DNA from: Abditibacterium sp.
GTDB taxonomy: Bacteria > Armatimonadota > Abditibacteriia > Abditibacteriales > Abditibacteriaceae
Assembly (NCBI GenBank): GCA_965199495.1
Contig: CBDASK010000003.1
Coordinates: forward strand, 2,240,001-2,304,000
Reading direction: 5' to 3'
Length of the DNA stretch: 64,000 nt
Shown: piece after piece, positions 17,913 through 29,180 of the stretch
Layout of the letters: the number at the start of each line of letters is the position of its first letter
Position numbering within the stretch: position 1 is the first letter of the stretch
Program-made: the position numbers and the translations under genes
Notes under the pieces: generated by a model
Told to the model about the DNA's origin: nothing
Seen by the model: only the letters and a program-made list of their open reading frames with translations
Databases searched by the model: none

Positions 17913-20177
17913 TCAGTCCACGCGAAAAATCGTGACGCGATGCGGATCGTCGGGCGCGCCGAACTGCGCGGCGACGGGCAACGCCGCCACATCGGCGGAG
18001 ATTTGCTCGCCATATTCGCGGCGTTCGAGTTCGCCCTCTATCAAATATTTGACGCCGTAATTTTTGAGAATTTGCCTGCGGTTGAGGTTGTTAATCGGCC
18101 CATAAACGTGTCGCACATCGGCTTTGCGCCGAAAAACTTCGGCCCACTCGGCGGCGGCTTTGGCGTCGCGCCCGGCCTTGTCGCGCCCCATCGGCGCGTT
18201 GGCCGGACTCCACTGGTAAGAATGCGCTTGCGGCCCGATAACTGTCGCGATGCCGGTCGCGTCGGCGTAGCGCGTGAAATCGGAGTAATCGCCGCCTTCT
18301 TTCTGCTCGGCCTCGACAAGGTTGTCGTTAGGCCCGACATTGCCAAGCAGCCACGCCGCCGCCGCTTTTTCGGGCGGCGCCAAATGCGCCCAGCCGTCCC
18401 AGCCATCGAAACGCAGCCAATCGGGCTGGCCCGCGCGTTGGGCGCTCGCCATTTCGAGGAAGCGCACGCGCAAAAATGTGAACGATAGATTGCCCGCCAA
18501 CATCACCAAAGCGAGCGGAATAATCACCAGGCGCGCCGCGATTTTCAGGGCGCGCGAACCCTGCGCGACGACCAGCCACAACCCCGCCGCGCCCGCAGTG
18601 CCCCACAACATCCAGACTTGCAAACCGAACTTGAAGGCGGTGTCTTGACGCTTGTAATCGTCGAAACCAGCGTGTTCGGCGCTGCCCAGAAAACCGGCCC
18701 ATGTCGTTTCGCCCCACGCGAGCGCGCAAATTCCGCACAACGCCAGCAGACACAAATAACGCGCCGTCCCACGATTGATGACGGCGCCCGCGATGGCCAA
18801 ACCCGCGCTCGCGCCGATGATTGGCAGCACCAAAACCGACGGCGTTTGCCACGCGCTCCCAACCGCGCCAACCGCGATGCCAGCGATTATGAGCGCCAGC
18901 GTGACGCGCCAGATTATGTTCTCGCGAAAGGTTTGATAAAACGAGAAAATCCACCAACACCCCGCGATTGGCCCCCATAATAGCAGCCATTCGCGGAGCG
19001 GCGAGGCCGGTTGCTGTAACGGTTGCGGCGGGCTGGCCGCGCTTTGCACGCGCAAAAGAAACGGCGTGGCCAGCAACAGCGCGCCGGTGGCGACTCCCAA
19101 CGCAAGGGCGATACGCAATCCCAAGTGGATTTGTCGCACGCGCGGCTTTTCGTCGCTGATTTGTCCGACTTCGCTATTTGTCGCGACAATCGCCAGCCCA
19201 ATTAGAAGCGCGAACGCCGGAAAATCCCACGTATTGGTGACGAGCATCGCGCCCAAAATTAAGGCGGCGAACAGGGCGCGCCCGGCGTTTTTGGCGCGGT
19301 ATAAACACCAGCCCAGCGTCATCAACGCGATTTCGTTGGGGAAGTCGAAGTAGTGCCCGTGCAAATCGGCTTGATTGAAGGTGAACCACGGAAACTCGTT
19401 GATGGTGAAGGGAATCACCCGTGAAATCGAGAACGGGTCGAGCGCAAAGGCGCGGCCTGCCGAATAGATATCGAGGTGCGTCCATTGATAAATCGGTTGC
19501 AAGGTGCCGCCCGCCAAAACCGCGCCCGCTACCCAAGCGCCGCCCCGGTGGCTCTTCGTCAGCCCAACGCCCAGCGAAAAAAGCGCGCCAAAGCATAAGG
19601 CGGGCAAAGTCGCGCACATCAGGTTATAACTCCAACGCACGCTCGTCCCACTGGCGCGCGTCAAAAGCGCGGTTTCGAGATGTCCGAAATAATAATACGA
19701 TTGCAAACGTGCGCCCGCCGCGTAGGGATTGGCGGGCGGCAACTGTTGCGCGCGCGCCAGAGCGCCGATGAGCGCCGAATCCATCGCTTTCTCGCCATTG
19801 TTGACACCGTTAGTATCGCTCCAAAATCCGCGCAACACGAAGAAAACCGCGAATACCATCACAAATAAAAGTTCGGTAGCGACAATGGTTTTGCGATGCT
19901 GGCGCCAATATGTTCGGAGTTGTGCGCGCTGTCGCCAGCCGAAAGCGAGGCCAATGAACGCTAACGGCAAGTAGAGCCACGCCGACATCGCGACCGAAAC
20001 GCCGAACTGGCCGAGCCAGAAAGCGAGCATCGTCCACGCGCTTAAAAATAGGATGCGTCCGACGGCCAACCCACAGTCGGGCAACGATTCGCCCAGCGCG
20101 CGCGCGGCGAGCGGCCACGCCGTCCAGCCAGCGCCCAGAACGAGAAGAAGCCAGAGCAAATAAGTGAATGCGGACAC
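17913..20177 (-). CDS. DUF2298 / YYY-domain membrane protein (putative GT-C glycosyltransferase)
   Basis: GEKAMD, SYYYFGH, TINEFPWF, DLHGH, NTWDFP, TAFKF. Confidence 0.85.
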   Translation of the reverse strand: MSAFTYLLWLLLVLGAGWTAWPLAARALGESLPDCGLAVGRILFLSAWTMLAFWLGQFGVSVAMSAWLYLPLAFIGLAFGWRQRAQLRTYWRQHRKTIVATELLFVMVFAVFFVLRGFWSDTNGVNNGEKAMDSALIGALARAQQLPPANPYAAGARLQSYYYFGHLETALLTRASGTSVRWSYNLMCATLPALCFGALFSLGVGLTKSHRGGAWVAGAVLAGGTLQPIYQWTHLDIYSAGRAFALDPFSISRVIPFTINEFPWFTFNQADLHGHYFDFPNEIALMTLGWCLYRAKNAGRALFAALILGAMLVTNTWDFPAFALLIGLAIVATNSEVGQISDEKPRVRQIHLGLRIALALGVATGALLLATPFLLRVQSAASPPQPLQQPASPLREWLLLWGPIAGCWWIFSFYQTFRENIIWRVTLALIIAGIAVGAVGSAWQTPSVLVLPIIGASAGLAIAGAVINRGTARYLCLLALCGICALAWGETTWAGFLGSAEHAGFDDYKRQDTAFKFGLQVWMLWGTAGAAGLWLVVAQGSRALKIAARLVIIPLALVMLAGNLSFTFLRVRFLEMASAQRAGQPDWLRFDGWDGWAHLAPPEKAAAAWLLGNVGPNDNLVEAEQKEGGDYSDFTRYADATGIATVIGPQAHSYQWSPANAPMGRDKAGRDAKAAAEWAEVFRRKADVRHVYGPINNLNRRQILKNYGVKYLIEGELERREYGEQISADVAALPVAAQFGAPDDPHRVTIFRVD

Positions 20178-20543
20178 GAGCCATTTAGTTTGAATCGTTG
20201 ACGCGGGTTTGTGTTTGGTTTGCTGGCTTTGTTTGTGTTCATAGCGAGTTTCGCACGAATGTCATCCGCGTGGTGCGCGCCCCAAAAATTTGCTGACTCC
20301 CGTCGGCACGTCTGCCGATTACGCGTTTTCCACGGATATTTCCAGTTACGACCACGACGATTAAAATACGCCGGAATTGGCGAGATGCCCGTCGCCATTA
20401 AGGAGGGCGGCGGCGATTATGTCGCTTACACTGACGGCGCCTTTGAAAACATTCGCCAAATATCGTGGTTTAGCGGGCCTGATTTTGCGCGCCCGCGTCA
20501 TCATTTGGTAAAAACTACCGGCGCCCGTAATTTCTTCCATGCC

Positions 20544-21359
20544 ATGTTCAATCCTTTCAAAAAACGCGAACCCGAACCCGCCGAATCGCCCGCCGTTTCG
20601 ATGCCCGATAACGCGCCGTTGGTCGAACTCATTCACCAGATGAAACTCGACACGCTTTTTGGCGATATGCGCCCGATGCACCGCGCGATTCTCGATGCCG
20701 AATTTTTGTTGCCTCTGCATGAGCCACCGCAGCAGACGCCGCAGGGATTGCGGATGCGTTACCTGACTTTCAGTAACGATCATTTCGGCCCCGATTCGAC
20801 TTTGGCATTGTTCACCGATGCCAGTCGGATGCGCGCTTTTCTCGGCGATACGTCCTCTTTGGGCGCGCGCGTCTGCGCCGGATTTTGGAATGGCAAAACC
20901 GCGTGCGAGGCGGCGATGAACGCGCAATTGCCGTTGCTGGCGATTAACCCCGGCGGCGATGCGCACTATGCGATGCCATCGCACGTTTATCGCGTTTTGG
21001 CGTTTGGCTATGTGCCATCGAGCGTGGCCGATGAAGAAATCAAAAGCGCGCAAATCACCATCGCGCGCCCGCTTTCGGGCTTGCCTTCCAATCAGGAATT
21101 AGACGCGTGGCGCGCGGTTTTGCAAAAGCACGGCGCCGACAAAGCCTACTGGTTCAATGTGTTATTAGATGATATTAATGAACTGCGTTACGCCATCGGC
21201 GTCGAGTGCGAGGCCGAAAAATTCAGGGCCGTTCAAAGCGATTTGGCGGGCGCGTGGCTGGGCATTTGGCCGGTGAACTCGCCGCTGTGGGTGCAACAGT
21301 TGGGCGACGACGAACAATCCCAAGCCATCCGCGAAGGCGGCGACTTGATCTATGGTTGA
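20544..21359 (+). CDS. SseB-family protein
   Basis: FLLP...LALFTD...AINPG pattern; start reassigned to ATG 20544. Confidence 0.65.
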   Translation: MFNPFKKREPEPAESPAVSMPDNAPLVELIHQMKLDTLFGDMRPMHRAILDAEFLLPLHEPPQQTPQGLRMRYLTFSNDHFGPDSTLALFTDASRMRAFLGDTSSLGARVCAGFWNGKTACEAAMNAQLPLLAINPGGDAHYAMPSHVYRVLAFGYVPSSVADEEIKSAQITIARPLSGLPSNQELDAWRAVLQKHGADKAYWFNVLLDDINELRYAIGVECEAEKFRAVQSDLAGAWLGIWPVNSPLWVQQLGDDEQSQAIREGGDLIYG

Positions 21360-21635
21360 TAATGACGGGCCAATCTCGCCTTATGCTGTCTCCCTTACTG
21401 AAAGTTTCTGCGTTGAACCTCATTTCTCCTCTTTGAGGGTAGGAAATTTTGATGTAATAGGCAGCCTTCGATAAAGTTCGCCGAATAGATGAAACTGAGC
21501 CTCTAAAACTGCGATGCCAGTGAAGACAAGTAAAGAAGGACGCTATTCGTGACTTTTGTTGGAATGTCAATAGTTGGTGTGCGTTAAGATAACTGGGGGA
21601 TATTTTTGGTGAACATCATTTTCCCCAGAGCTGTC

Positions 21636-23606
21636 ATGTTTAAATTTTTCATTCATCGTCGCGCCCGGTTTAGTTTCTCGAACTCAAGAAACAAGGCATT
21701 GGCGCTTCTTTTGGTGTTGTCCGCCACTGCATCGGGGGCGAGCGATGTGTATGCGCAGACCAAATCCACGGCGCGTTACGTCGCTGGCTCCGATGACGTG
21801 TTGACCATCACGGTTCTGCGTCACCCCGAATTTAGCGCTGCTAACGTGCTAATTCCCCAAAATGGATTGATTACTCTGCCCGTTGTCGGCACTATCCGCG
21901 CCAGCGGCAAGACGCTGGAACAGTTGGATATCGCCATCACTCAGGGGTTGAAAGTGAAACTTCGCAGTCCCGAAGTGACGGTGACTTTGGAGAAGCCACG
22001 GCCCCGCCCGCTTTATGTGGTTGGTCAGGTCAATAAGCCGGGCATCTACGAAGCGAAGAACGGTTGGCGCATCACGCAGGCTCTGGCGGCGGCGGGCGGC
22101 CTCTCGGTAGATGCCGACTTATCGGCGGTTATCGTCAATCGCGACAACCAAAAGTTAGTGGATACCTCTTTGCTTCCCCTGCTGAAAGACCCGACAAATC
22201 CCGGCAATATCGCGCTGGAAAGCGGCGATTCGGTGCGCTTCTACGAGCGCAAAGTGACTGTTAGCGTCACGGGCGCCGTGACGCACCCCGGCATTTATGC
22301 CGTTCCCACGGGAAGCGGCATCGTTCAGGCCATCGGATTTGCCGGGGGTTCCACGCCCGACGCCGCTTTGACGCGCGCCACGGTGCGACGGGCCGATGGC
22401 AAAATCGTGCCGGTTGATTTGTTCAAGGCTCTATTGGAGGGCGATACCAAAAGCAATCTTGACCTGATCGAAGGCGATGTTATCGTCGTGCCGGAACAGA
22501 ACAATCGGATTTCGGTTTTGGGCGCCGTTCCCAAACCCGGATTCTTTCCGATGCAAGACGGGCGCGACTTGAAAGTCGCGGACGCCATCGCTCTGGCGGG
22601 CGGCCCAAAACCAAACGCCGCCCTGACGCGCGCTGTGCTGCGCCATTCCGATGGCACAACTCAACCGATCAATCTTTATAGTCTGCTCATCGAAGGCGTG
22701 CAAAATAATAACGTCGTGCTGCGACCGGACGATATTATCTCGATTCCCGAAGCCAAGGGCGTGACCGTGATCGGCGAGGTCACAGCGCCGGGTTCTTATC
22801 CGTTGGAAGAGGGCAAAGACCCGCACGTTTCTGATGCGCTGGCCGCCGCCGGAGGCTTGAAAGTCAAGCCCGAATTGGCGCGTATTTCGGTGTCGCGTGG
22901 CGTCGAAGGCGGCAGCAACGTTTCGATGGAAATTAATCCAGTGGGGTTGCTGGAACTGAGCGATCTGTCGCAAAATGCCCGTCTGCGCGATGGCGATATC
23001 GTCAGCGTAACGGCGGTTAAACGCAATAGCATCTCTATTTCTGGCGAGGTCAAAACGCCGGGGACTTACGAATTATCCGACGGCGACAGCGTGACCGAAT
23101 TAATTTCGCGTGCCGGTGGCTCTACGGAGGACGCGGCGCTGGGACAGGTTTCTATCAAACGGCGCAATGGCACGATGTCGGTTGTTGACACCTCGGCGGC
23201 TTTGCTTGAAGGCGGCGCGTTGGTCGGTGGTGCGCTCAAAGACGGCGATTTCGTCGTTGTGCCGCGCTCGAAACAACGCGTGCTCATTGTTGGCGCGGTC
23301 AGCAAACCCGGTTCGTATGCCATGCCCGAAGATAGAGTCTTAAACGTTGGCGATGCCTTGAGTTTGGCTGGTGGCACGCTCAACACGGCGCGCGTCAAAA
23401 CGGTCACGTTGCTGCGCCCGCAAAGCGCCGACAAAGCCGTGACAACCACGGTTCTATCGTTGGACAAACCAGATAAAGACGGGCGTTTGGCCGTGAATGT
23501 TACCCTGATGAGTGGCGATGTTCTTTACGTGCCCGAAGGTAAGATACGCCAATCAACCTTGAGTACTATTTCGAGCTTCTTGCCCTTTGCTTATTACTTG
23601 AGATAA
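21636..23606 (+). CDS. Polysaccharide export protein (Poly_export + multiple SLBB repeats; Wza-like)
   Basis: DDVLTITV...GLITLPVVG; about six V-x-G-x-V-x-x-PG-x-Y...AGG repeats. Confidence 0.9.
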   Translation: MFKFFIHRRARFSFSNSRNKALALLLVLSATASGASDVYAQTKSTARYVAGSDDVLTITVLRHPEFSAANVLIPQNGLITLPVVGTIRASGKTLEQLDIAITQGLKVKLRSPEVTVTLEKPRPRPLYVVGQVNKPGIYEAKNGWRITQALAAAGGLSVDADLSAVIVNRDNQKLVDTSLLPLLKDPTNPGNIALESGDSVRFYERKVTVSVTGAVTHPGIYAVPTGSGIVQAIGFAGGSTPDAALTRATVRRADGKIVPVDLFKALLEGDTKSNLDLIEGDVIVVPEQNNRISVLGAVPKPGFFPMQDGRDLKVADAIALAGGPKPNAALTRAVLRHSDGTTQPINLYSLLIEGVQNNNVVLRPDDIISIPEAKGVTVIGEVTAPGSYPLEEGKDPHVSDALAAAGGLKVKPELARISVSRGVEGGSNVSMEINPVGLLELSDLSQNARLRDGDIVSVTAVKRNSISISGEVKTPGTYELSDGDSVTELISRAGGSTEDAALGQVSIKRRNGTMSVVDTSAALLEGGALVGGALKDGDFVVVPRSKQRVLIVGAVSKPGSYAMPEDRVLNVGDALSLAGGTLNTARVKTVTLLRPQSADKAVTTTVLSLDKPDKDGRLAVNVTLMSGDVLYVPEGKIRQSTLSTISSFLPFAYYLR

Positions 23607-23782
23607 GTGGCGCCACAGTTTTAGAGTCGCGATTAGAGAGAATATCAAAACATGATGTTCCATCTAAATCGCTGTTTTAAAATTCTCGCGAGGAGTGGGG
23701 GGCAGCTTTTTGTCTCTCTCCTTATATACTCTCGTTAAAGAATTTCACCGCGCTTTTTTCGGATTGCGCGTCGGAGAACACA

Positions 23783-26032
23783 TTGAATCAGAATCCAGAT
23801 CTTCCCAATAATGGCGCGCGTCCAGCGTCCATTGAATCTTCGCGGGCACTTAACACTCTGCTCGAAGAACGGCCTTACAATACGGTTGCGGATCATTCTA
23901 ACATCTACGCGCAAGATGTTGACGAAGACAGTTTCGATTGGAAACGCCTGTTTTCGGTGGTCAAGCGACGCAAAAAAGTGATTGGTACCACCTTATTGTC
24001 GGTGCTCACGCTGGCCGGAGTTTATCTGGCGCTTTCTCCCAAAATCTACAAAGCGTCCGCTGATCTTTTGATCAATACCCAGAAAAATTCAAATAACAAC
24101 TCTTTGTCGGCCTCATTGCCTGCAATCACCGACTTGTTGGGAGCCACGGGCACTCGTTCGCAAGACACGGAAGCGGAAATACTGCGGAGTTCCACCGTTC
24201 AAGACACCGCAGATTCGCTAATGCCACAGTCGTTACATGCGGCTTTGGGGTCTGAGACACAGCGCAAAAAATTGGTGCAGGTTGATATTCAGCCCAAACG
24301 CTCGACTGATATTATCACGGTCAATGTGCAAAGCCGCGATCCCAAGATTGCCATTGAGTATTCCAATGCGCTTTGCGAAGCCTATCGCATACAGAATCAA
24401 AATAATAATACAGCCCAGTACAAAGAGACTGCCGATTATATTGGCGGACAATTGGAAAAAGTGCGCAAGAACTTGGACGAAAAGCGCGATGAATTGAGGA
24501 AGTTCAAAGAAGCGAATAAGCTCGTGGATTTGCCGACTGAAAGTCAGGCGCGTGTGGCGCGTCTGGCCGAGCTTCAGGGCGCGCTTCAAGAGGCCGAAGC
24601 TGATATTACTTCGGGCGAAGCACAGTTGAAGAATTTGCGGGAGCAAGCCAACAAAATGGCGCCCGCAGAGACGATGCCTTCGACAATTGTCGTGCGCCCC
24701 GTTGTGCAACAGTTGAGACAACAATTAACCGATCTCGAATCGCAACGCTCGGCCTTGCTCCAGGAGTTCGTGCCGGGAGCCAGCGAAGTAAGAACGGTGG
24801 ACGATCAAATTGCGGCTTTGCGCAGCCGCTTGAAGACTGAGGCAACCACAGAAGTCGGAACTTACACGCGCAACATCAATCCCGTGCGCCAGTCCGTGTT
24901 GGAAGACATTTCCAAAACTCTGGCTGGCATCTGGTCGGCTCAGGCGCGCGCAGACGCTCTGCGGGGAAATATCGCGACCGCGCGTGAAAGCGTGGAGAAG
25001 TTGCCGCAACGCGAATATCAGTTGAGCCAATTGCAGGGCGATTTGGTGACCTACCAAGAAACCTTTCAATCCTTGAGCGACAAATATCAAACTCTCTTAA
25101 TCAGTCAAAAGACGCCCGTTTCTAACGCTCGTGTTATTACGCCAGCCGATGAAGCCACGAAAGTCAGCCCGCGCGTGGCTTCCACATTAGTGTTGGCTTT
25201 GTTTGGTGGTTTGATCTTGTCTATGGCTCTTGCGGCGGCTATTGACTCGATGGACAACAAAATTTACACCGAGGAAGACGCCGTTCAAGCCACCGGTTTG
25301 CCGGTATTGACTCACGTTCCCATGCTGCCCTCGAACGGCCAGAACACGCCGCTCATTCACCGAGACGAGGAATCTTTCTTTTTGGAAAGTTTTCGAATGC
25401 TACGCACTCAACTCTCGTTCATCAGTTCTTATGGGAATTTGAAGACGTTGGTTTTGACCAGCAGCCAGCCCAACGAAGGCAAGTCTATGGTTTCGGCCAA
25501 TCTGGCCATCTCGCTGGCTCTTAACAACAAGAAGGTTGTGTTGGTTGATACCGATCTGCGCCGTCCCACCATTCATCAAATTTTTGATCTGGCAAATGCC
25601 ACCGGTTTTACCAGCGTTGTGGCGGGCACCAGCGCTCTGGAAGACGCCCTGCAAACGACCGATGTCGAAAAGTTGTCCGTTCTCACTTCTGGCCCCAAGC
25701 CACCCAACCCCGCCGAACTTTTGGACTCGCGCGTGGCGCGCGGTCTTATCGAGGATTTGAAAGAACAATTCGACTACGTGATTATTGACGCGCCACCTGC
25801 GCTCGTCATCGCCGACGCGCAAATTGTCGCTTCAATGGCTGATGGCGTTTTGCTGGTGGTTTCCTGCCAAGAGGCCAATCGCGGCGCCGTGGAACGCACC
25901 TACGAAATCATGGCGCAAGCCGGAATTCGTATCATTGGAATGGTGCTCAACAAATTTACTCACGATCAGGGCAATTACCATAGTTACTACGGCTCCTACA
26001 TCGAACGCTCCAAAGAACTGAAATTAAAATAA
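23783..26032 (+). CDS. Wzc/GumC polysaccharide co-polymerase with BY-kinase domain
   Basis: Two TMs around a coiled coil; ESFRMLRT, PNEGKS, DTDLRRP, IIDAPP; C-terminal Tyr cluster. Confidence 0.92.
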   Translation: MNQNPDLPNNGARPASIESSRALNTLLEERPYNTVADHSNIYAQDVDEDSFDWKRLFSVVKRRKKVIGTTLLSVLTLAGVYLALSPKIYKASADLLINTQKNSNNNSLSASLPAITDLLGATGTRSQDTEAEILRSSTVQDTADSLMPQSLHAALGSETQRKKLVQVDIQPKRSTDIITVNVQSRDPKIAIEYSNALCEAYRIQNQNNNTAQYKETADYIGGQLEKVRKNLDEKRDELRKFKEANKLVDLPTESQARVARLAELQGALQEAEADITSGEAQLKNLREQANKMAPAETMPSTIVVRPVVQQLRQQLTDLESQRSALLQEFVPGASEVRTVDDQIAALRSRLKTEATTEVGTYTRNINPVRQSVLEDISKTLAGIWSAQARADALRGNIATARESVEKLPQREYQLSQLQGDLVTYQETFQSLSDKYQTLLISQKTPVSNARVITPADEATKVSPRVASTLVLALFGGLILSMALAAAIDSMDNKIYTEEDAVQATGLPVLTHVPMLPSNGQNTPLIHRDEESFFLESFRMLRTQLSFISSYGNLKTLVLTSSQPNEGKSMVSANLAISLALNNKKVVLVDTDLRRPTIHQIFDLANATGFTSVVAGTSALEDALQTTDVEKLSVLTSGPKPPNPAELLDSRVARGLIEDLKEQFDYVIIDAPPALVIADAQIVASMADGVLLVVSCQEANRGAVERTYEIMAQAGIRIIGMVLNKFTHDQGNYHSYYGSYIERSKELKLK

Positions 26033-26136
26033 TTTTTAGAAGTAAAATGTTAATCTTACTGCAATTTTGATAAAATTCAACTCTGGTCGGGATGTAAAAC
26101 TTTATGCTCTGTTGAATATCTACACCAGATGATCGT

Positions 26137-28116
26137 ATGAAAAGCCCCGTCCCTTTTATTCGGAATTTCTTTCGACCTCAATCGAAGGATTCCGTGGTTC
26201 ACGCGAGTCATATCGTTGACGTTGTGTTGGGCCTGCGTCGTCTCGATTTGATAAAGCCCGGCATTGACTTGTGCCTAATTCTCATCGCGGCGGCCTGGGC
26301 GTGGCTGGTCTCTTTTGGCCAGGTCAAAAATCCGGGGGCGATTTGGCCGTTTCTGGTCGCGGTTTTGATCGCGCGTGGAGCCATCTACTTCGGACTTTCG
26401 CTTTATCGCACGTCGTGGCTTCATGTGTCGCGCTTTGAAGTGCTGTGGCTGTTTGTGAGCGCTCTGATGGGGCCACCGGCCATCGCCTTTGTTTTGTGGG
26501 TGTTGCCGGATCCGTTCACCCTGAAATCGTTGGTGCGCCCGGTGCTGTTGCTGACCACCGAACCCGCGTTTTACCTGCTCATTTTATGCGCTTGCCGCAT
26601 GACGGCGCGTGCCATCGCCTATAGCAAAAAGCCGAAAAGCACGAGCCGGATTTTGATCGTCGGCGCGGGCAGCGCTGGGCGAGCTTTGGCGCTTCAGGTT
26701 CAAGAGATTCCTTCCACTTATCACATCGTGGGCTTTCTGGACGACGATCCCTCGAAACGGCGCGTTCGCTATCGCGGCCTCAAAATTCTGGGCGACCTCG
26801 ACGATTTATCGCAAGTCGCTAAAACCAGCGAGGTGCAGGAAGTAATTATCGCCATCACGCATTTGTCGCCGGAACGTCTGCGTGAAATCATGAATCTTTG
26901 CGCGGAAGATGACATTCCCGTGCGCATTCTGCCGCCGTTGGAAGAGGTTATGGGCGGGCGTCCCAACCTCAAGGCCGTGCGCGAAGTGCGCATGGAAGAT
27001 TTGCTGCCCCGCCCCGAAGTTGATGTAGATCGGGCCTCGATTTCCAGTTATGTCAGCCAGCGCACGGTTTTGGTGACGGGCGGCGGTGGCTCCATCGGCG
27101 GCGAGTTGTGCCGTCAGGTCGTCAATTCCAACGCACGCCGCTTGATTGTGCTGGGGCGCGGCGAAAACAGCGTTTTCGAGATGGTGCAGGAATTGTTGCA
27201 ACTGGAAAGTGCCTGCGAGATTATTCCCGCGATTTGCGATGTGCGCGACCGCCCGGCTTTGGGCAAAATTTTTGAGAAGTTCCAGCCCGAAGTCGTCTTT
27301 CACGCCGCCGCCCACAAGCACGTCCCCCTCATGGAACAGTATCCGTGCGAAGCCATCAAAAATAACGTGGGAGGCACGCTTAATCTGGTGCAACTGGCGG
27401 TGCGCCATCGCACCGAACATTTCGTGATGGTCTCGACCGACAAAGCCGTTGATCCGGCCAATGTCATGGGCGCCAGCAAGCGCACCTGCGAAATGATCGT
27501 CAAGGGCTATGCCCAGCAGAGCGGTTTGAATATGGTATGCGTGCGTTTTGGCAACGTTCTGGGCAGTCGCGGCAGCGTGGTGCCCACGATGGCCCGCCAA
27601 ATCCGGCGCGGTCTGCCAGTTACGGTGACCGATCCAGAGATGGTGCGTTATTTTATGACGATTCCCGAAGCGGTTCAACTCATTTTGCAGGCGGGTTCAG
27701 TCGGCGGTTGCGGCGAAGTTTTTGTCCTCGACATGGGACGCCCGGTGCGCATTCTCGATTTAGCCCACGACCTGATTCGTTTATCGGGATTATTGCCGGG
27801 TGAGGATATTCCCATCATAATCATCGGCAAGCGGCCCGGCGAGAAAATGTATGAAGATATGTTGATGCACACAGAGCTATCCTCGGTCGAGAAGAAAGGC
27901 CCATTTTTCATGGCAATGATCAAGCCGCTCGATTTTTCGCATTTTTCTGCTCAACTGGAATCGCTTATTGCAGCAGGCGAATCGGGCGATAGCGAAAAAA
28001 CACTCAAAATTTTGCGCCAAATAGTGCCGGAATTTAAATCGCCAACTTCCGATTTATCGGTTGTTCCTCAGACACTAATGCCGACCGAAATGATACATAC
28101 AACGAGCCGCAGTTAA
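26137..28116 (+). CDS. Membrane-bound UDP-GlcNAc 4,6-dehydratase (CapD/PglF/EpsC-like)
   Basis: TGGGGSIG, HAAAHKHVP, STDKAV, GASKR, RFGNVLGSRGSV, RPGEK. Confidence 0.92.
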   Translation: MKSPVPFIRNFFRPQSKDSVVHASHIVDVVLGLRRLDLIKPGIDLCLILIAAAWAWLVSFGQVKNPGAIWPFLVAVLIARGAIYFGLSLYRTSWLHVSRFEVLWLFVSALMGPPAIAFVLWVLPDPFTLKSLVRPVLLLTTEPAFYLLILCACRMTARAIAYSKKPKSTSRILIVGAGSAGRALALQVQEIPSTYHIVGFLDDDPSKRRVRYRGLKILGDLDDLSQVAKTSEVQEVIIAITHLSPERLREIMNLCAEDDIPVRILPPLEEVMGGRPNLKAVREVRMEDLLPRPEVDVDRASISSYVSQRTVLVTGGGGSIGGELCRQVVNSNARRLIVLGRGENSVFEMVQELLQLESACEIIPAICDVRDRPALGKIFEKFQPEVVFHAAAHKHVPLMEQYPCEAIKNNVGGTLNLVQLAVRHRTEHFVMVSTDKAVDPANVMGASKRTCEMIVKGYAQQSGLNMVCVRFGNVLGSRGSVVPTMARQIRRGLPVTVTDPEMVRYFMTIPEAVQLILQAGSVGGCGEVFVLDMGRPVRILDLAHDLIRLSGLLPGEDIPIIIIGKRPGEKMYEDMLMHTELSSVEKKGPFFMAMIKPLDFSHFSAQLESLIAAGESGDSEKTLKILRQIVPEFKSPTSDLSVVPQTLMPTEMIHTTSRS

Positions 28117-28217
28117 TGCACGGAACACTGAAAAAATAGAGCAAGACACGGGCTAAACTTCTAACCTTTGCGTTGCGTCCTTGTTTCTCAAAAGACAAAG
28201 ACGCAACGCATCTCACA

Positions 28218-29141
28218 ATGAAAATATTAATTACTGGTGGGGCCGGGTTCATCGGCTCCAATATCGCCGATTCCTATATCGAAGCCGGCCACGAAGTCGC
28301 CGTTGTTGACAACTTAGCCACTGGCTTCAAACGCAATATCCATTCAGACGCTAAATTCTACGAATGCGATATTTGTGACAGAGAGAAGTTGAGCCAGATT
28401 TTTACTGACTTTGCGCCCGATGTTATCTCTCATCATGCGGCCCAACTCGATGTCCGCAAATCTGTGGCGGATCCTTCTTATGACGCCAATATCAACATTA
28501 ATGGCGCACTCAACATTTTGATGGAGGCCGTGCGCGTTGGCAGCCACCGCGTCCTGTTCGCGTCATCGGGCGGTGCCGTTTATGGTGAACCCCAATTTAT
28601 CCCTGTGACAGAGGATCATCCCATCAACCCAGAATCGCCTTATGGATTGACCAAATTCACTTTTGAACATTATCTGCGCATCTGGAGTAATTTACACGCT
28701 ATCACTCCCGTCGTATTGCGCTACGCCAATGTCTATGGCCCGCGCCAAACAGCCGATGGAGAAGGTGGAGTTGTGGCAATTTTTTCACAGTTACTATTAA
28801 ACGATAAACCCTGCACCATTTTTGGCGATGGCACCATGACGCGAGATTATGTCTATGTTGGAGACGTAGTTAACGCGAATTTGTTGGCGTTGGAAAAAGG
28901 TGACAACAAAGCGATAAATATTGGAACAGGCATCGAAACTTCCACAGATGAAGTGTTCGAGACTATTCTCACCTGTGTCGGTTCTGGCCCTTCGGAGCCA
29001 CAATATCTTCCCGAACGGCCCGGCGAAGTTCGCCGCATCTATCTGGAAAATAGCTATGCCAAACAAGTGTTGGGTTGGCAGCCGCAAACCGAGTTTCCGC
29101 AGGGCGTGGCTCATACTGTTGATGCGTTGAAAAAAGTTTGA
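28218..29141 (+). CDS. NAD-dependent sugar epimerase (UDP-glucose 4-epimerase-like)
   Basis: TGGAGFIG, SSGGAVYG, YGLTK, RYANVYGPRQ. Confidence 0.9.
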   Translation: MKILITGGAGFIGSNIADSYIEAGHEVAVVDNLATGFKRNIHSDAKFYECDICDREKLSQIFTDFAPDVISHHAAQLDVRKSVADPSYDANININGALNILMEAVRVGSHRVLFASSGGAVYGEPQFIPVTEDHPINPESPYGLTKFTFEHYLRIWSNLHAITPVVLRYANVYGPRQTADGEGGVVAIFSQLLLNDKPCTIFGDGTMTRDYVYVGDVVNANLLALEKGDNKAINIGTGIETSTDEVFETILTCVGSGPSEPQYLPERPGEVRRIYLENSYAKQVLGWQPQTEFPQGVAHTVDALKKV

Positions 29142-29180
29142 AATTCTAAAACTCAACAGGTGACTCGAAAGAAATTATTT

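Noticed and set aside
20178..20543. Possible small ORF or hairpin in the gap before the SseB-like gene
   Set aside because: No convincing start signal or family similarity; left uncalled
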